Part shown: piece after piece, positions 18,076 through 28,225 of the stretch
Layout: every line of letters begins with the position of its first letter
How positions within the stretch are numbered: position 1 is the stretch's first letter
Assembly (NCBI GenBank): GCA_963675525.2
Contig: CAXXSL010000002.1
Location: 1 to 64,000, forward strand
Reading direction: 5' to 3'
Source of the DNA: Anaerohalosphaeraceae bacterium
Lineage (GTDB): Bacteria > Planctomycetota > Phycisphaerae > Sedimentisphaerales > Anaerohalosphaeraceae
DNA length: 64,000 nucleotides
Translations under genes and position numbers: made by a program
The notes under the pieces: model-generated
Seen by the model: only the letters and a program-made list of their open reading frames with translations
Database searches by the model: none
What the model was told of the DNA's origin: nothing

Positions 18076-20388
18076 TTAAAATTTAAAGTGGTAACGAACA
18101 CCGAAGACGGTCGGTTCTTCGATCCAACTGGTTTTATCCGGATAAGTCTTTTTGTATCCGGATGAATAAGAGTATCGTTTGTTGTCGCCAAGGACGGGGA
18201 TGTTCTGAACAAAGAATGTCAAGTCTGCCGACGGATTGATGTGACAGGTCAGCGAGACATTGGCTTTTATTTCGGTGTCGAAGGCGCCTTTGCTGCGGGT
18301 ATCTGCAATCACGCCCGCATCGCCTCCGGCATCGGACAGGGCATTCAGACCATCCTCACTCCCTTCGAATCCCCAGAAGATCTGCATGTTCCCATGGAAA
18401 CTCAGCTTGCCCTCGAGCAAGTCCATATTTGTATACAGTTTGGAAGCGTGGTTGGCCCAGTTACTCAAATCATTTCCATTTGAGTTTATCACAACACCGC
18501 CGCCGGCATCGTAATAATAGTCGGAATAACTGATGCCGGAAGAAGTGGGGGCGTCATCGGACAGTTCCCAACTCTGCTGCTTGACAAACGAATGATTTAA
18601 ACCAAAGTTGAAACCCTCTTTCTGGTATTTGGTTTCCAGTTCCAATCCCAATGTTTTGAGCGTTCCCAGTGGTGCACTGCGGGAACCGTCCCAGGCGATG
18701 ACTTCATTGCGATTATAGAAACCGGATGCCTGAAATGATAACCGCTCGGCGAGCTTAGTCGAGTAGATTAGTTCAAACGTGTCCAGCTTTTCCGGGTCAT
18801 TATCCTCGTTCATCTCATGGTTCATGTATAATTCTTCCTGCGTGTTCATCCGGACAGAGCGCTGGGCGATGAATTTCAGGTATTCGTCTTTATCCATTTC
18901 ATAGATCCATGCAAATCGCGGCGAAAACATGTAATCCGTATAGCAGTGTTTATCCAGGCGGGCTGACCAGATGGTCGTTACCTTTGGGCTGAACGTATAG
19001 TTCAACTCACCCAAAAACGCATAGCTGTAAGTTTCCCATCCGTTTCCGACCGGGAAGTACTCTGAATCGGCCGCGTCATATTGGTTGTATCCGATTCCAT
19101 AGGCGCCGGAAGTCGGCCCGCTCATAATGCCCTTTGCAAGCCGCAATCCGTCATCTTTGTTCTTACCCCAGCCCGGGCGGATAGTATCGTAACTGAACTC
19201 AAACCCCAACCCGGCCCTGAGGTTTCCTTCGTCCGGTTTGTAATTCAACATGAATTGGGTGAAGTATTCATTTTCTGACCAGATCCCGCCAATATTCTGC
19301 AGGTTATCTTTGTCGTTGTAGGTGATAGCGCTGTTGAATTTTTGTATATCATGCACATCGGTAGAACTTACGGCAAACAAAGATTTCAGGTTGAAATCTT
19401 CATTCAGCGGCACTTTGTTTTCCAGAGCTATCTGGACATACCGATATCGTGACAGTCGAAAATCTTTATAGATATCATCGTCGCCAGGATCATATTGTGT
19501 GGCGTTATTCGATATCACTGAGGAGGAAGAATTGCCATAACGTGCCCAGAAACGCCAGTTATCTTTGAATTTAACATCCACATGCGCTTTAATCTGGGGT
19601 TCATTATAATAATCAGTCATATAGCTGGCGGCGGGATTTGGATAGTAAGGGCCGCCCGGAGATCCTAAATACCCGCTGGTGGTGCTGTTACGGACACTGA
19701 ATAAATCCGGCGACACGCCGTCGGTGTGTACAACGCTTAAGTAACTGTAAATGTCCAGCTTGTCAGTTTTTTGGCCGTAGCTGACATAGTTACCGATGCT
19801 GTTATACTTGTTCCAGAAGGCGCCTCCCATTTGAAGGCCGGGGGCCTGGTCACTTTTTTTTGTGAAGATATTGATCACTCCGCCGATCGCTCCCGGGCCG
19901 TAAGTAACCGATCCCGGGCCCCGAACGATTTCAATGCGCTGAACGTCGTTCAGGTCCCAGTTCAACAATTCCAGACGGGCTCCATAGAAAGCTTTGATAT
20001 TGACATTGATCCCGTTGATGTTGACCAGGAACTTATAGGGGCGGTCAGCGATAATCCCGCGAATTCCCATTGCCGGGCCGACACTGTGATTCACGTAGAG
20101 AGCTCCTGGAACATAGATTTCGATCAAATCCAACAGGTTGCGTGCCGGTGTTCTGGCAATATCCTCAGCGGAAATGACCGTGACACTGGCGGGTGTCTTG
20201 AGGGGATTTTTTTCCGTGAGGGTGGCGGGAACATAGATTTCGACGTCCATCAATTGGTCCAAAGACATGTCGAAAAGATTTTCCGGCTTAGTAATTTCGT
20301 TTGCGGGGGCACTGAACGACACACTCAACAACAGTCCCAGAGAGATCAAAACAAATAAGGCTTTGTCAGAGAAATCGTTTTTATTCAT
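18076..20388 (-). CDS. TonB-dependent receptor-like outer-membrane protein, paralog of 8694..11006
   Basis: LFDMSLDQLMDVE, ARNLLDLIEIYVPG, RIEIVRGPGSVTYGPGA, MFSPRFA, C-terminal Phe. Confidence 0.85.
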   Translation of the reverse strand: MNKNDFSDKALFVLISLGLLLSVSFSAPANEITKPENLFDMSLDQLMDVEIYVPATLTEKNPLKTPASVTVISAEDIARTPARNLLDLIEIYVPGALYVNHSVGPAMGIRGIIADRPYKFLVNINGINVNIKAFYGARLELLNWDLNDVQRIEIVRGPGSVTYGPGAIGGVINIFTKKSDQAPGLQMGGAFWNKYNSIGNYVSYGQKTDKLDIYSYLSVVHTDGVSPDLFSVRNSTTSGYLGSPGGPYYPNPAASYMTDYYNEPQIKAHVDVKFKDNWRFWARYGNSSSSVISNNATQYDPGDDDIYKDFRLSRYRYVQIALENKVPLNEDFNLKSLFAVSSTDVHDIQKFNSAITYNDKDNLQNIGGIWSENEYFTQFMLNYKPDEGNLRAGLGFEFSYDTIRPGWGKNKDDGLRLAKGIMSGPTSGAYGIGYNQYDAADSEYFPVGNGWETYSYAFLGELNYTFSPKVTTIWSARLDKHCYTDYMFSPRFAWIYEMDKDEYLKFIAQRSVRMNTQEELYMNHEMNEDNDPEKLDTFELIYSTKLAERLSFQASGFYNRNEVIAWDGSRSAPLGTLKTLGLELETKYQKEGFNFGLNHSFVKQQSWELSDDAPTSSGISYSDYYYDAGGGVVINSNGNDLSNWANHASKLYTNMDLLEGKLSFHGNMQIFWGFEGSEDGLNALSDAGGDAGVIADTRSKGAFDTEIKANVSLTCHINPSADLTFFVQNIPVLGDNKRYSYSSGYKKTYPDKTSWIEEPTVFGVRYHFKF

Positions 20389-20578
20389 TGGTTTTTTCCT
20401 CTTTTAAAGAAAAAATACAGGGCATATCCACTTAATAAGCCTGCGTTTATATCGGTGATATTGAATCGAGTGTTAAGGACTTGCTTTAGGAAAATTTTAA
20501 ATTTTTTTCAGCGGACTTGAAGGTACTTAGAATGTCCTATTAATGCCCGACAGTCGCATTGTGTTGTGACGATGAGGA

Positions 20579-21466
20579 TTATTTTCGGACCTGTTCGTAG
20601 CAGAGGTTGGCGATGGCGATGTATTGGATGGGGGTGATTTCTTCCGGGCGTTTGTGGGGATCGACGAAAGCTTCATCGAAAATCAGGTTCCAGTGGCGTA
20701 CTTTTTCCAGATTATTCTGTGCAAATTTCACACAGGCCTTGAGCATCTTGCGACGGTGTCCCATCAAAAGCTGAATTACTTCCTTGAACGTCTGCATGTC
20801 GTGTATTTCTTTGAGTTTGATTGGGTTGCGTTCATAGCTGACCATTGCCGAATTCACCTGCGGCCGCGGCCAGAACACACTTGGCGGCAATTTTCGCAGA
20901 ACATGCACGTGTCCGGTTGCGGCCATCAAAATACTGAGGGTACCGTAGTCATCATGGCCGGGCATCGCGGCCATGCGGTCGGCGACTTCCTTCTGCACGG
21001 TAACGTACATTCCATCGGCATTGACCGGCCCGGTGATCAGGTTGGCCATGACACAGGAACCGACATTATACGGCAGGTTGGCGACCAGCAAAAACCGGCC
21101 GGGATATGTTTGCCGGGCTTTCTGCACGGCATCCAGCACGTCCTGATGAATGGCGTTTTTGTTTTCCAGCACATCCCGATTAAACTGGGTGACATTATTG
21201 AATTGTTCGAGCTGCCTTTTGGCGATCCCGTAGAGCGCATCGTCGTATTCGACGGTGACAACATGGCCACAGCGTTCAGCGATACCTTCGGTGAACGATC
21301 CGGTGCCCGTGCCGACTTCCATCGCCACATCCTGATCGGTGATGGTGGCGGTGTCGATCAAAAAGCGCATCAGGTTCAGGTCGATCAAAAAGTTTTGACC
21401 GAGCCGGCGGTTTGGCGTGGTGCCCGCACCCGCTAACAATTTTTCAATGTCCTGTTTGGTTTGCAT
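20579..21466 (-). CDS. rsmA: 16S rRNA m6,2A1518/1519 dimethyltransferase
   Basis: LGQNFLID, EVGTGTG, VANLPY, QKEVADR, FWPRPQVNS, RRKML. Confidence 0.93.
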   Translation of the reverse strand: MQTKQDIEKLLAGAGTTPNRRLGQNFLIDLNLMRFLIDTATITDQDVAMEVGTGTGSFTEGIAERCGHVVTVEYDDALYGIAKRQLEQFNNVTQFNRDVLENKNAIHQDVLDAVQKARQTYPGRFLLVANLPYNVGSCVMANLITGPVNADGMYVTVQKEVADRMAAMPGHDDYGTLSILMAATGHVHVLRKLPPSVFWPRPQVNSAMVSYERNPIKLKEIHDMQTFKEVIQLLMGHRRKMLKACVKFAQNNLEKVRHWNLIFDEAFVDPHKRPEEITPIQYIAIANLCYEQVRK

Positions 21467-22511
21467 GTTTTTTTGTCTGTAAGTTCAACGTGCGTTTTGC
21501 CGTCGCCATTTGCACGGCGACGCGAATGGCTTCTTTCATGCTGTTTTCATTGGCGATACCTTTGCCGGCGATGTCAAATGCTGTCCCGTGTCCCGGCGAG
21601 GTTCGAATGATCGGCAGACCGATGGTGACGTTGACAGCCCGGTCAAAGGCGACCATTTTAACCGGGATCAGTCCCTGGTCATGGTACATGGCGACGACGC
21701 CGTCGTATTGTCCCTGTGCGGCATGGTAGAACAGCGTGTCGGCCGGGAAGGGGCCAATAGCGTTGATGCCCATTTCCTGTGCCAGCAGAATGGCCGGACT
21801 GATGATGCGTTTTTCCTCGTCGCCGAACTGGCCGTCTTCGCCGGCATGGGGATTGAGACCCGCTACCGCGATCCGAGGTTTTTTAATTCCGAAATAATCT
21901 TTCAATGCGTCATTCAATAAATCGATCGATGTGAAAATACAACCAATCGTAAATTTATGCCGAATGTCGAATAAGCCTTCATGGATCGTCGCCAGCGCCA
22001 GCTTTAGCGGTCCGGCGACAAACATCATGACCTTTCGCGGCGACTTGCATTGTTCGGCGAGCATTTCGGTATGCCCGGCCCATGTTCCGCCTGCCAGTTT
22101 CCAACTGGTTTTGCAGATGGGGGCGGTGACGACGGCATCGATGATGCCCGCCAGTGCGGCGTCGATGGCATCCGTACAGAACCGCATCGACGCTTCTCCG
22201 GCAATGCGGTTGGATGTGTGAACACCAATAGGAGCGGCGTACTCGTCATAATCGGCGACGACAACCTGCCGGGGGTAATCCCGGCTGAGTTTTTCATGCG
22301 GATGCCGCAGCCAGAACGGCTCGACCTCGATCAGGTCGGCGGCGTATTCAAGCTGTTCGTCCAGCCCGAAAATAATAAACTTGGCCAGCCGCCGGATCAT
22401 CGGGTCGGACAGTGCCTTGACGACGATCTCCGGGCCGATGCCGCCGGGGTCGCCCATCGTGATCCCGATGACAAGGTCGTTGCCTGCCGGATTGTTAAAA
22501 CCACTGTTCAT
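21444..22511 (-). CDS. pdxA: 4-hydroxythreonine-4-phosphate dehydrogenase
   Basis: ITMGDPGGIGPE, TAPICK, GHTE, GLNPHAGE, AMYHDQGLIP, RTSPGHGTAFDIAG; start may extend to 22535. Confidence 0.93.
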   Translation of the reverse strand: MNSGFNNPAGNDLVIGITMGDPGGIGPEIVVKALSDPMIRRLAKFIIFGLDEQLEYAADLIEVEPFWLRHPHEKLSRDYPRQVVVADYDEYAAPIGVHTSNRIAGEASMRFCTDAIDAALAGIIDAVVTAPICKTSWKLAGGTWAGHTEMLAEQCKSPRKVMMFVAGPLKLALATIHEGLFDIRHKFTIGCIFTSIDLLNDALKDYFGIKKPRIAVAGLNPHAGEDGQFGDEEKRIISPAILLAQEMGINAIGPFPADTLFYHAAQGQYDGVVAMYHDQGLIPVKMVAFDRAVNVTIGLPIIRTSPGHGTAFDIAGKGIANENSMKEAIRVAVQMATAKRTLNLQTKKHANQTGH

Positions 22512-22531
22512 ATATAGTAGGTCATACACTT

Positions 22532-23134
22532 TCAATAAACAGAAAAGTGAGTCGGAAGAATGCTCAGTTCCCGAAGCTCCTCGATCATCTCAAGAATCCC
22601 GATCATCCAGATAAACCATAAGGCGCTGAAAATATGCTTTTTAAATGTTTTCGGTGTTACGACATATTCGGCCGGTTCAGTCAACAGCGACCACTTCGGC
22701 CAAAATTGCGGCACCGTCTGAAAATAGGTCTTGTATTCTTTTCCATGGAGAGCTTTTAATTTGTTTTCCTCAAATCGAATCACAAATGGATAATAGAGGA
22801 CAAACGCAACCAGAATCAGGGCCGGAATCGTCAGCGTTTCCGTTGCCAGTCCGACCCCCAGCCCGCCGATCATGCTGAAGAAATATAACGGATTTCGACT
22901 AATAGAGTACGGTCCGACAGTCACTAGACTTTTTGTTTTATATCCTGCAATATAAAGCGAACACCACAGTCGTCCCAGCGAGGCAATGCCCGCCAAGAAA
23001 CAACCTGCCAGAAACAAAACGGCGCTGACCATCGGAGATTCTGTTTCCCATTTGCTGCCGGAAATCAACAACAGAACGACTAACGCTCCAATAAAAACAC
23101 GAGTTATATATAAACGAACCTGTTGATACATCAT
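22532..23134 (-). CDS. Isoprenylcysteine carboxyl methyltransferase / PEMT family membrane methyltransferase
   Basis: LVTVGPYSISRNPLY, EENKL..HGKEY..Y...VP.F.P. Confidence 0.85.
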   Translation of the reverse strand: MMYQQVRLYITRVFIGALVVLLLISGSKWETESPMVSAVLFLAGCFLAGIASLGRLWCSLYIAGYKTKSLVTVGPYSISRNPLYFFSMIGGLGVGLATETLTIPALILVAFVLYYPFVIRFEENKLKALHGKEYKTYFQTVPQFWPKWSLLTEPAEYVVTPKTFKKHIFSALWFIWMIGILEMIEELRELSILPTHFSVY

Positions 23135-23253
23135 TTCAAATCCTTGATCAATTAAGGTTGTATTCGAGCTAAAAACCCTTAAAGCCGCTATTGTCTATCA
23201 TATCCTTTTTGGGAGATATCTCAAATGAAAAAGTAAAAGCTTCTCCGGGGGCA

Positions 23254-24768
23254 TTAAGGAACGGGCTGTGGGTCACAGATCAGAAGCCACCGGTCGTATT
23301 TCAAAGATACCTCTTCGATTGCCCAGCCTGTTTCGAATAATGTATTTTTAATCAAAGGCAGATACTTTTTCCCCTGAATGAGAAATAAATGCCGATAGTT
23401 ATCCTGAGCCATATCGCCTATCTCGCTTTCGAAATTTTCTGTCGGAATAAATGTCGGATAGGGATTGGGGCGGCGGGTAATATTTTCCACCTCCTGTGCG
23501 CCGTAGAACCAAAGACCGCTGGCCCGTTCATCAACCGTTACAATTTCGTATTGCCCGGCGGACAAATGAGGTTTCAGTTCATCCCAGAGCAGCCGACTGT
23601 CATGTGTCGTGGGGATAACCCCAAGAACGACCCGAGCGAGCAGCAAGGCACCGACCCAGATTAACACGAAAGATGTTTTAGGCGGCTGTAATATGGCAAT
23701 TGTTGATTCCGGATTTTGAGGACGATAGAAAAGTCGAACGGTTGCCAGTGCCAGTGCCGGAAATATCGGCAGAGCATACAGCCCCAGTTTCGAACTGGCA
23801 AGACAGAGAACAATCAGGGGGATTAAAATCCAGCAGGCCAACAGTGTTTTCGAGGGGTCCGCAAAGATATCTTTCCACGTCCGGCGATGAAAAAATGTTC
23901 GCAGACCATAATAGTTGCCATACCAAAGCACACTCCACGGCATGGTTCCCAACAGAACCACTGGCAGATAAAGCAATGCGAAAATGGCTTTTGGATTGCG
24001 TAGATATTTTCCGGAAACCAGACGGCCCCAGACCATGTTATCGAAGAAATAGGCGCCGGCGTCAGGCAATTTCCATGAGATATAGACATACCAGCTTAAG
24101 CCTACGGCCGCAAACATCACCGCCGCCGCAACGATCCACGGATTCAAAAAGAATCGTCTCATCTGCTTTTGTATCAGCAGATAAACAAACATGGCTCCGC
24201 AGGGAATCAAGGCCGCAGGCCCTTTCGTCAAAACCCCAAGGCCGACAGCCATCCCCAATAAGACGGTCCAAAGACCGGTTCTGGTTCCATTTGGCCGGAT
24301 ACTCTGCCAGAAACATAACATCGATAACGTGGTAAACAACGTCAGCGGTGTGTCCGGCGTAACAAAATTTCCCGAGATGAAGGGAATCACCATCGTTGCG
24401 TAAACAATAGCGACCCAGAAGGCTTTGTCAAACCGCCCCGACATCGAAAGCTCAAGGGTGAGAACAGTCAATATTGTTAGGGCGAAGCATAAGCCCGTAA
24501 AAAACCGCGCCGCGAATTCGCTATGCCCGAAGAGTTTCAATCCGCCTAAAATTCCCCAATAAAGCACCGGCGGCTTATCCAAAAAAACTTCTTCGCCCAA
24601 CGTCGGCATCAGGTAATTTTGCGCGGCCTCCATTGAAACAGCCGACCCAACGTAATATCCCTCATCCGGATCCCAGATGCCGCGAACGCCTTGAAAGCTG
24701 AAGGCCAGCACGAACACCAAAAGCAACAACATCAGGATCGCGGTGGATTTGTGATGCGACAGGTTCAT
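23254..24768 (-). CDS. ArnT-like GT-C glycosyltransferase (PMT_2/GT83)
   Basis: WDPDEGYY, FLDKPP..YW, SEFAAR, LTKGP, SSKL..YALP.FPALAL; many TM helices. Confidence 0.85.
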   Translation of the reverse strand: MNLSHHKSTAILMLLLLVFVLAFSFQGVRGIWDPDEGYYVGSAVSMEAAQNYLMPTLGEEVFLDKPPVLYWGILGGLKLFGHSEFAARFFTGLCFALTILTVLTLELSMSGRFDKAFWVAIVYATMVIPFISGNFVTPDTPLTLFTTLSMLCFWQSIRPNGTRTGLWTVLLGMAVGLGVLTKGPAALIPCGAMFVYLLIQKQMRRFFLNPWIVAAAVMFAAVGLSWYVYISWKLPDAGAYFFDNMVWGRLVSGKYLRNPKAIFALLYLPVVLLGTMPWSVLWYGNYYGLRTFFHRRTWKDIFADPSKTLLACWILIPLIVLCLASSKLGLYALPIFPALALATVRLFYRPQNPESTIAILQPPKTSFVLIWVGALLLARVVLGVIPTTHDSRLLWDELKPHLSAGQYEIVTVDERASGLWFYGAQEVENITRRPNPYPTFIPTENFESEIGDMAQDNYRHLFLIQGKKYLPLIKNTLFETGWAIEEVSLKYDRWLLICDPQPVP

Positions 24769-24769
24769 C

Positions 24770-25408
24770 TTAGAAGCCGTATTCTTTCAATTTGTTCGGG
24801 TTTAGTCCGCCGGCGGGTAGAATTTTCTCAAGCTGTTTTTTGACGACTTTGATGAGGATGTCGGTTTCGATGTTAACTGTATCACCGGTTTTGGCATGTT
24901 GCCAAGTCGTTTCCTGCAGGGTGGTGGGGATGAGCGAGATTTCGAAGCCGGTGCTGTCGAGTTTGGAAACGGTCAGGCTGATGCCGTCGACGGCGACCGA
25001 GCCTTTCAGGACTATCTGGTCCAGCAGGTCTGCGGGGGCTTCAATGCGGAACATCGCAAAGTCGGCCTGCTTGCGAATGGCAGCGATGCGTCCGGTTCCG
25101 TCGACATGGCCCTGTACGATATGCCCGCCGAAGCGGCCGTCGGCACTCATGGCCCGTTCGAGATTGACCTTCGCCCCGGGACGGAGTGTTTTCAGGCCGG
25201 ACCTGGCGACGGTTTCGGCGCTGACATTGAAAACTGCCTCGGTGCCGTTCAGTTTAGAAACGGTCAGGCACACGCCGCTGACGGCGATGCTGTCACCGAG
25301 TTTGACGCCGTCGGCGATGCGGTTTAAATCGACGGTGATCTGCATGGTACCGCCCCTGGGCAACACCTGCCGAACGGTCCCAACGGTTTCAATAATGCCG
25401 GTAAACAT
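24770..25408 (-). CDS. ribE: Riboflavin synthase (alpha chain)
   Basis: MFTGII N-terminus, GDSIAVSGVCLT, VNLERA, GGHIVQGHVDG, KGSVAVDGISLT. Confidence 0.93.
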   Translation of the reverse strand: MFTGIIETVGTVRQVLPRGGTMQITVDLNRIADGVKLGDSIAVSGVCLTVSKLNGTEAVFNVSAETVARSGLKTLRPGAKVNLERAMSADGRFGGHIVQGHVDGTGRIAAIRKQADFAMFRIEAPADLLDQIVLKGSVAVDGISLTVSKLDSTGFEISLIPTTLQETTWQHAKTGDTVNIETDILIKVVKKQLEKILPAGGLNPNKLKEYGF

Positions 25409-25500
25409 AATCCTGACCCCTGTTTTCACCAAATCGCTGTTAATCCAATATTAACAGCATCTTATGCCGTAGATGCCAAAAAGTCAATAATTGGTTTTTG

Positions 25501-26925
25501 TCAATGACCGCTATGAATTGGGAGGGCTATGACGAAACTTGTCCCATTTTGGGGGTTTGATTCAACAGTAATATTTCCCGAGTGAAGCATTGCGATTTCT
25601 TTAGCAATGGCCAGACCCAACCCGCTTCCTCCCGAATTTCGGTCGCGTGCCTTACTGACACGATAAAAACGGTCGAATAGACGGGAGCATTCGTCTTCGG
25701 GAATCCCGCCCCCCTCATCATGAACGACAATAACCGCCATTTCGTCATCAATTTTTACAGAGAGTGTAATCGTTGTTTTGGGAGGGGCATACTTAACCGC
25801 ATTATCGATCAAATTAAGCATCAATTGCCTGATTTGATGTTGGTTTCCCCGAATTTCAGCCGGACATAACTGCGTGTTTAATCGAAATCCCTTCTCGTTT
25901 AACAGCGGTTCGTATTGTTCAACAATGTCCTCAATGAGGTCATTGATGTTGACAACCTCCCATTCGCGCAGATTATCTGCATTTTCCAGGCGAGATAATT
26001 CCAATAATTGCTCGATCAAAGCATTTAACCTCTCGATATCTTCCAATGCGCGGGCGACAGTTTCTTCGTGAAATTCCACGGAACGTTTTCTTGATTGTGC
26101 CAGTTGCAGCGTACTTTTGATAATTGCCAGAGGTGTTCTCAGTTCATGGGCGGCATCGGAGGTAAATCGTTTTTGCTCTTGCATTGCATGAGCAAGTTTA
26201 TTCAACATTTCTTCCCATGATTTTACAAATGGATGCAATTCTTTCGGCGCCTTCGGATAACCGCGCGTCATCTCACTGAGATTGCTTCCCGAAATATCGC
26301 TCATTCGATGGGCCAGCGAGTCAATCGGTTTAAGACCCCATTTTAAGATTCCCTGTATTAACATGAGTGTTATCCACAGAATAATACCGCCTAAGATAAA
26401 TAACATTTTCGTAAATTCAGCAATTTCATGGTATGCGTATGCACTGCTTGTCGCCAGGGCGACATTCAAACATTGCGGCAGGTCTGCGGGACGATTGGGA
26501 AGAGGATAGCGTGCCCAGATGACGCGATAGGTTTTCTCATCCCGGGTCATATTCAGCATTATAAATTCATCTCGTTCCGGCGGCGGTGTTTGTTGTTTTT
26601 GCAGGATACCATAAATATCCATTGAGGTGAGGCTTTTCATTACATTTTCATCGCCTTCAAACCATATTTGATAACCGGCGTCCTGCGTCTCTTTTTGAGG
26701 GTTTAAAAAAGCACGAACTTCTTTTTGTGTTTCGGGGGAAAATATATCCTTTGTAAACAAAAGGTATCTTACGGTGCTTAAATCCGATTGGAGTGTTGAA
26801 TCCAGGCCGCCCAAAAGCGATTCCTGAAACTCCTGATAGGCGATAATGGAAATGATCGTTACCACAAAAAACACCAGCACGGCGATACAAATACCAACTC
26901 TTCCTTTTAAAGAAAATGACGTCAT
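25501..26925 (-). CDS. Sensor histidine kinase (2 TM, HAMP, HisKA, HATPase; QseC/PmrB/CusS-like)
   Basis: FTSDAAHELRTPL, NLIDNAVKY, DEGGGI, FDRFYR, GSGLGLAI. Confidence 0.9.
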   Translation of the reverse strand: MTSFSLKGRVGICIAVLVFFVVTIISIIAYQEFQESLLGGLDSTLQSDLSTVRYLLFTKDIFSPETQKEVRAFLNPQKETQDAGYQIWFEGDENVMKSLTSMDIYGILQKQQTPPPERDEFIMLNMTRDEKTYRVIWARYPLPNRPADLPQCLNVALATSSAYAYHEIAEFTKMLFILGGIILWITLMLIQGILKWGLKPIDSLAHRMSDISGSNLSEMTRGYPKAPKELHPFVKSWEEMLNKLAHAMQEQKRFTSDAAHELRTPLAIIKSTLQLAQSRKRSVEFHEETVARALEDIERLNALIEQLLELSRLENADNLREWEVVNINDLIEDIVEQYEPLLNEKGFRLNTQLCPAEIRGNQHQIRQLMLNLIDNAVKYAPPKTTITLSVKIDDEMAVIVVHDEGGGIPEDECSRLFDRFYRVSKARDRNSGGSGLGLAIAKEIAMLHSGNITVESNPQNGTSFVIALPIHSGH

Positions 26926-26928
26926 GTT

Positions 26929-27600
26929 TTATCCTTCTAAAATATACCCCTGTCCTCGGTGTGTTTTTATGAAAGGATGAGTTTTCTCAGGGTCAATTTT
27001 TCTCCTTAATGAGGAAATATAAACTTCGATCACATTGGAAAACCGCTCCCAGTTAAAATCATAAAGATGCTCTAATAATTCTTCTTTGGAAACAACCTGC
27101 CCGCTGCGCATCGCCAGATAAACCAACGTATGGTACTCCATCGGAGTCAGGATGACCGGGATTCCTTCCATGGTTACTTTGCGTGCGGTGGTATTGATGC
27201 TTAAGTCTCCGATGGTGATAAGCGGGTCAGCAATGCCGTAAGACCGTCTGATAAGAGCCTTGCATCGCGCGACAAGTTCGCCCATGTCAAAGGGCTTTGT
27301 CAGGTAATCATCGCCGCCGGCATCAAGTCCCTTAATGATATCCGATGATGTGTCGCAGGCGGTCAGAATCAAAACGGCAGTCCGGCTGCCCTCTGCCCGG
27401 ATCTCACGGAGAATATCCAGTCCATGCATTCCGGGAAGCATCAAATCCAGAATGACCAGGTCGTAAGGATTTGTCCGGCTTAGATGTAATCCATCGACGC
27501 CGTCGTATGAAACATCAATCGCGTAATTTTCCTTCTCGGTTAGAATTTGTGAGATATTTTTCGCAAGTCGAGCTTCATCCTCTACAATCAGCACTCTCAT
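26929..27600 (-). CDS. OmpR/PhoB-family response regulator
   Basis: MRVLIVEDE, ILDLMLP, DDYLTKPF, SNVIEVYISSLRRK, THRGQGY. Confidence 0.92.
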   Translation of the reverse strand: MRVLIVEDEARLAKNISQILTEKENYAIDVSYDGVDGLHLSRTNPYDLVILDLMLPGMHGLDILREIRAEGSRTAVLILTACDTSSDIIKGLDAGGDDYLTKPFDMGELVARCKALIRRSYGIADPLITIGDLSINTTARKVTMEGIPVILTPMEYHTLVYLAMRSGQVVSKEELLEHLYDFNWERFSNVIEVYISSLRRKIDPEKTHPFIKTHRGQGYILEG

Positions 27601-27698
27601 TAAAAGCCTTTCATGAGATAGTTTCAAATGCATTTATGATGCTTCACTATACTAAACTAAACACCATCTCGAAAACAACCAATAAAAAACTTTTTCTT

Positions 27699-27731
27699 CT
27701 TCAGGTTATCTTAAGGTTCACTCTGTATTAT
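27699..27731 (+). promoter_or_regulatory. OmpR-family (PmrA-box-like) direct repeat plus -10 element
   Basis: CTTCAGGTT (27699) and CTTAAGGTT (27710), 11-bp period, in place of a -35; TATTAT at 27726-27731. Confidence 0.6.
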
Positions 27732-27778
27732 GAGGAGTACTCAAGGTAACGATATTTTTACTTTTTGAGGTAAAAAAG

Positions 27779-28219
27779 ATGAATTCAAAAAGAGGTATGT
27801 TGGTAATTAAAAGCTTGGCAGTCCTTCTTGTTCTTGTTCTTTCCGGATGCGGAGCGACGATTTTTGAGGCGGGCCATTGTGCGTATAATCATATTCGCGG
27901 AGACCTTCTGGGGATTGTTCCGTATCAGGTCGAGCAGGTTTCTCCCGCGGCAGTCAATGTCATCAAGGAGCTCGAAGGATATGATTTGGCGGAACAAAAA
28001 TCCAATTTTCTAAATACTCAGATTGTTGCTTACGACAAACGATCCCGAAAAGTACAAATCGATCTGTCCAGGACGGATGAGAATCAAACAAAAATACAAA
28101 TACGAATCGGTGCGATTGGCGACAAGCTCGAATCCTCGATGATTTTTAATTACGTGGTGAATAAACTCTCTAAAGAAGAGCCGTTAAAGCATTCCTATTC
28201 GAAGAAAAACGGAGGATAG
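27779..28219 (+). CDS. DUF3568-like lipoprotein
   Basis: Lipobox LSGC; TKIQIRIG..GD...S motif. Confidence 0.7.
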   Translation: MNSKRGMLVIKSLAVLLVLVLSGCGATIFEAGHCAYNHIRGDLLGIVPYQVEQVSPAAVNVIKELEGYDLAEQKSNFLNTQIVAYDKRSRKVQIDLSRTDENQTKIQIRIGAIGDKLESSMIFNYVVNKLSKEEPLKHSYSKKNGG

Positions 28220-28225
28220 CATCTT

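Noticed and set aside
20624..21436. 270-aa plus-strand ORF
   Set aside because: Antisense to rsmA
24792..25454. 220-aa plus-strand ORF
   Set aside because: Antisense to ribE; Ser/Thr-rich shadow composition
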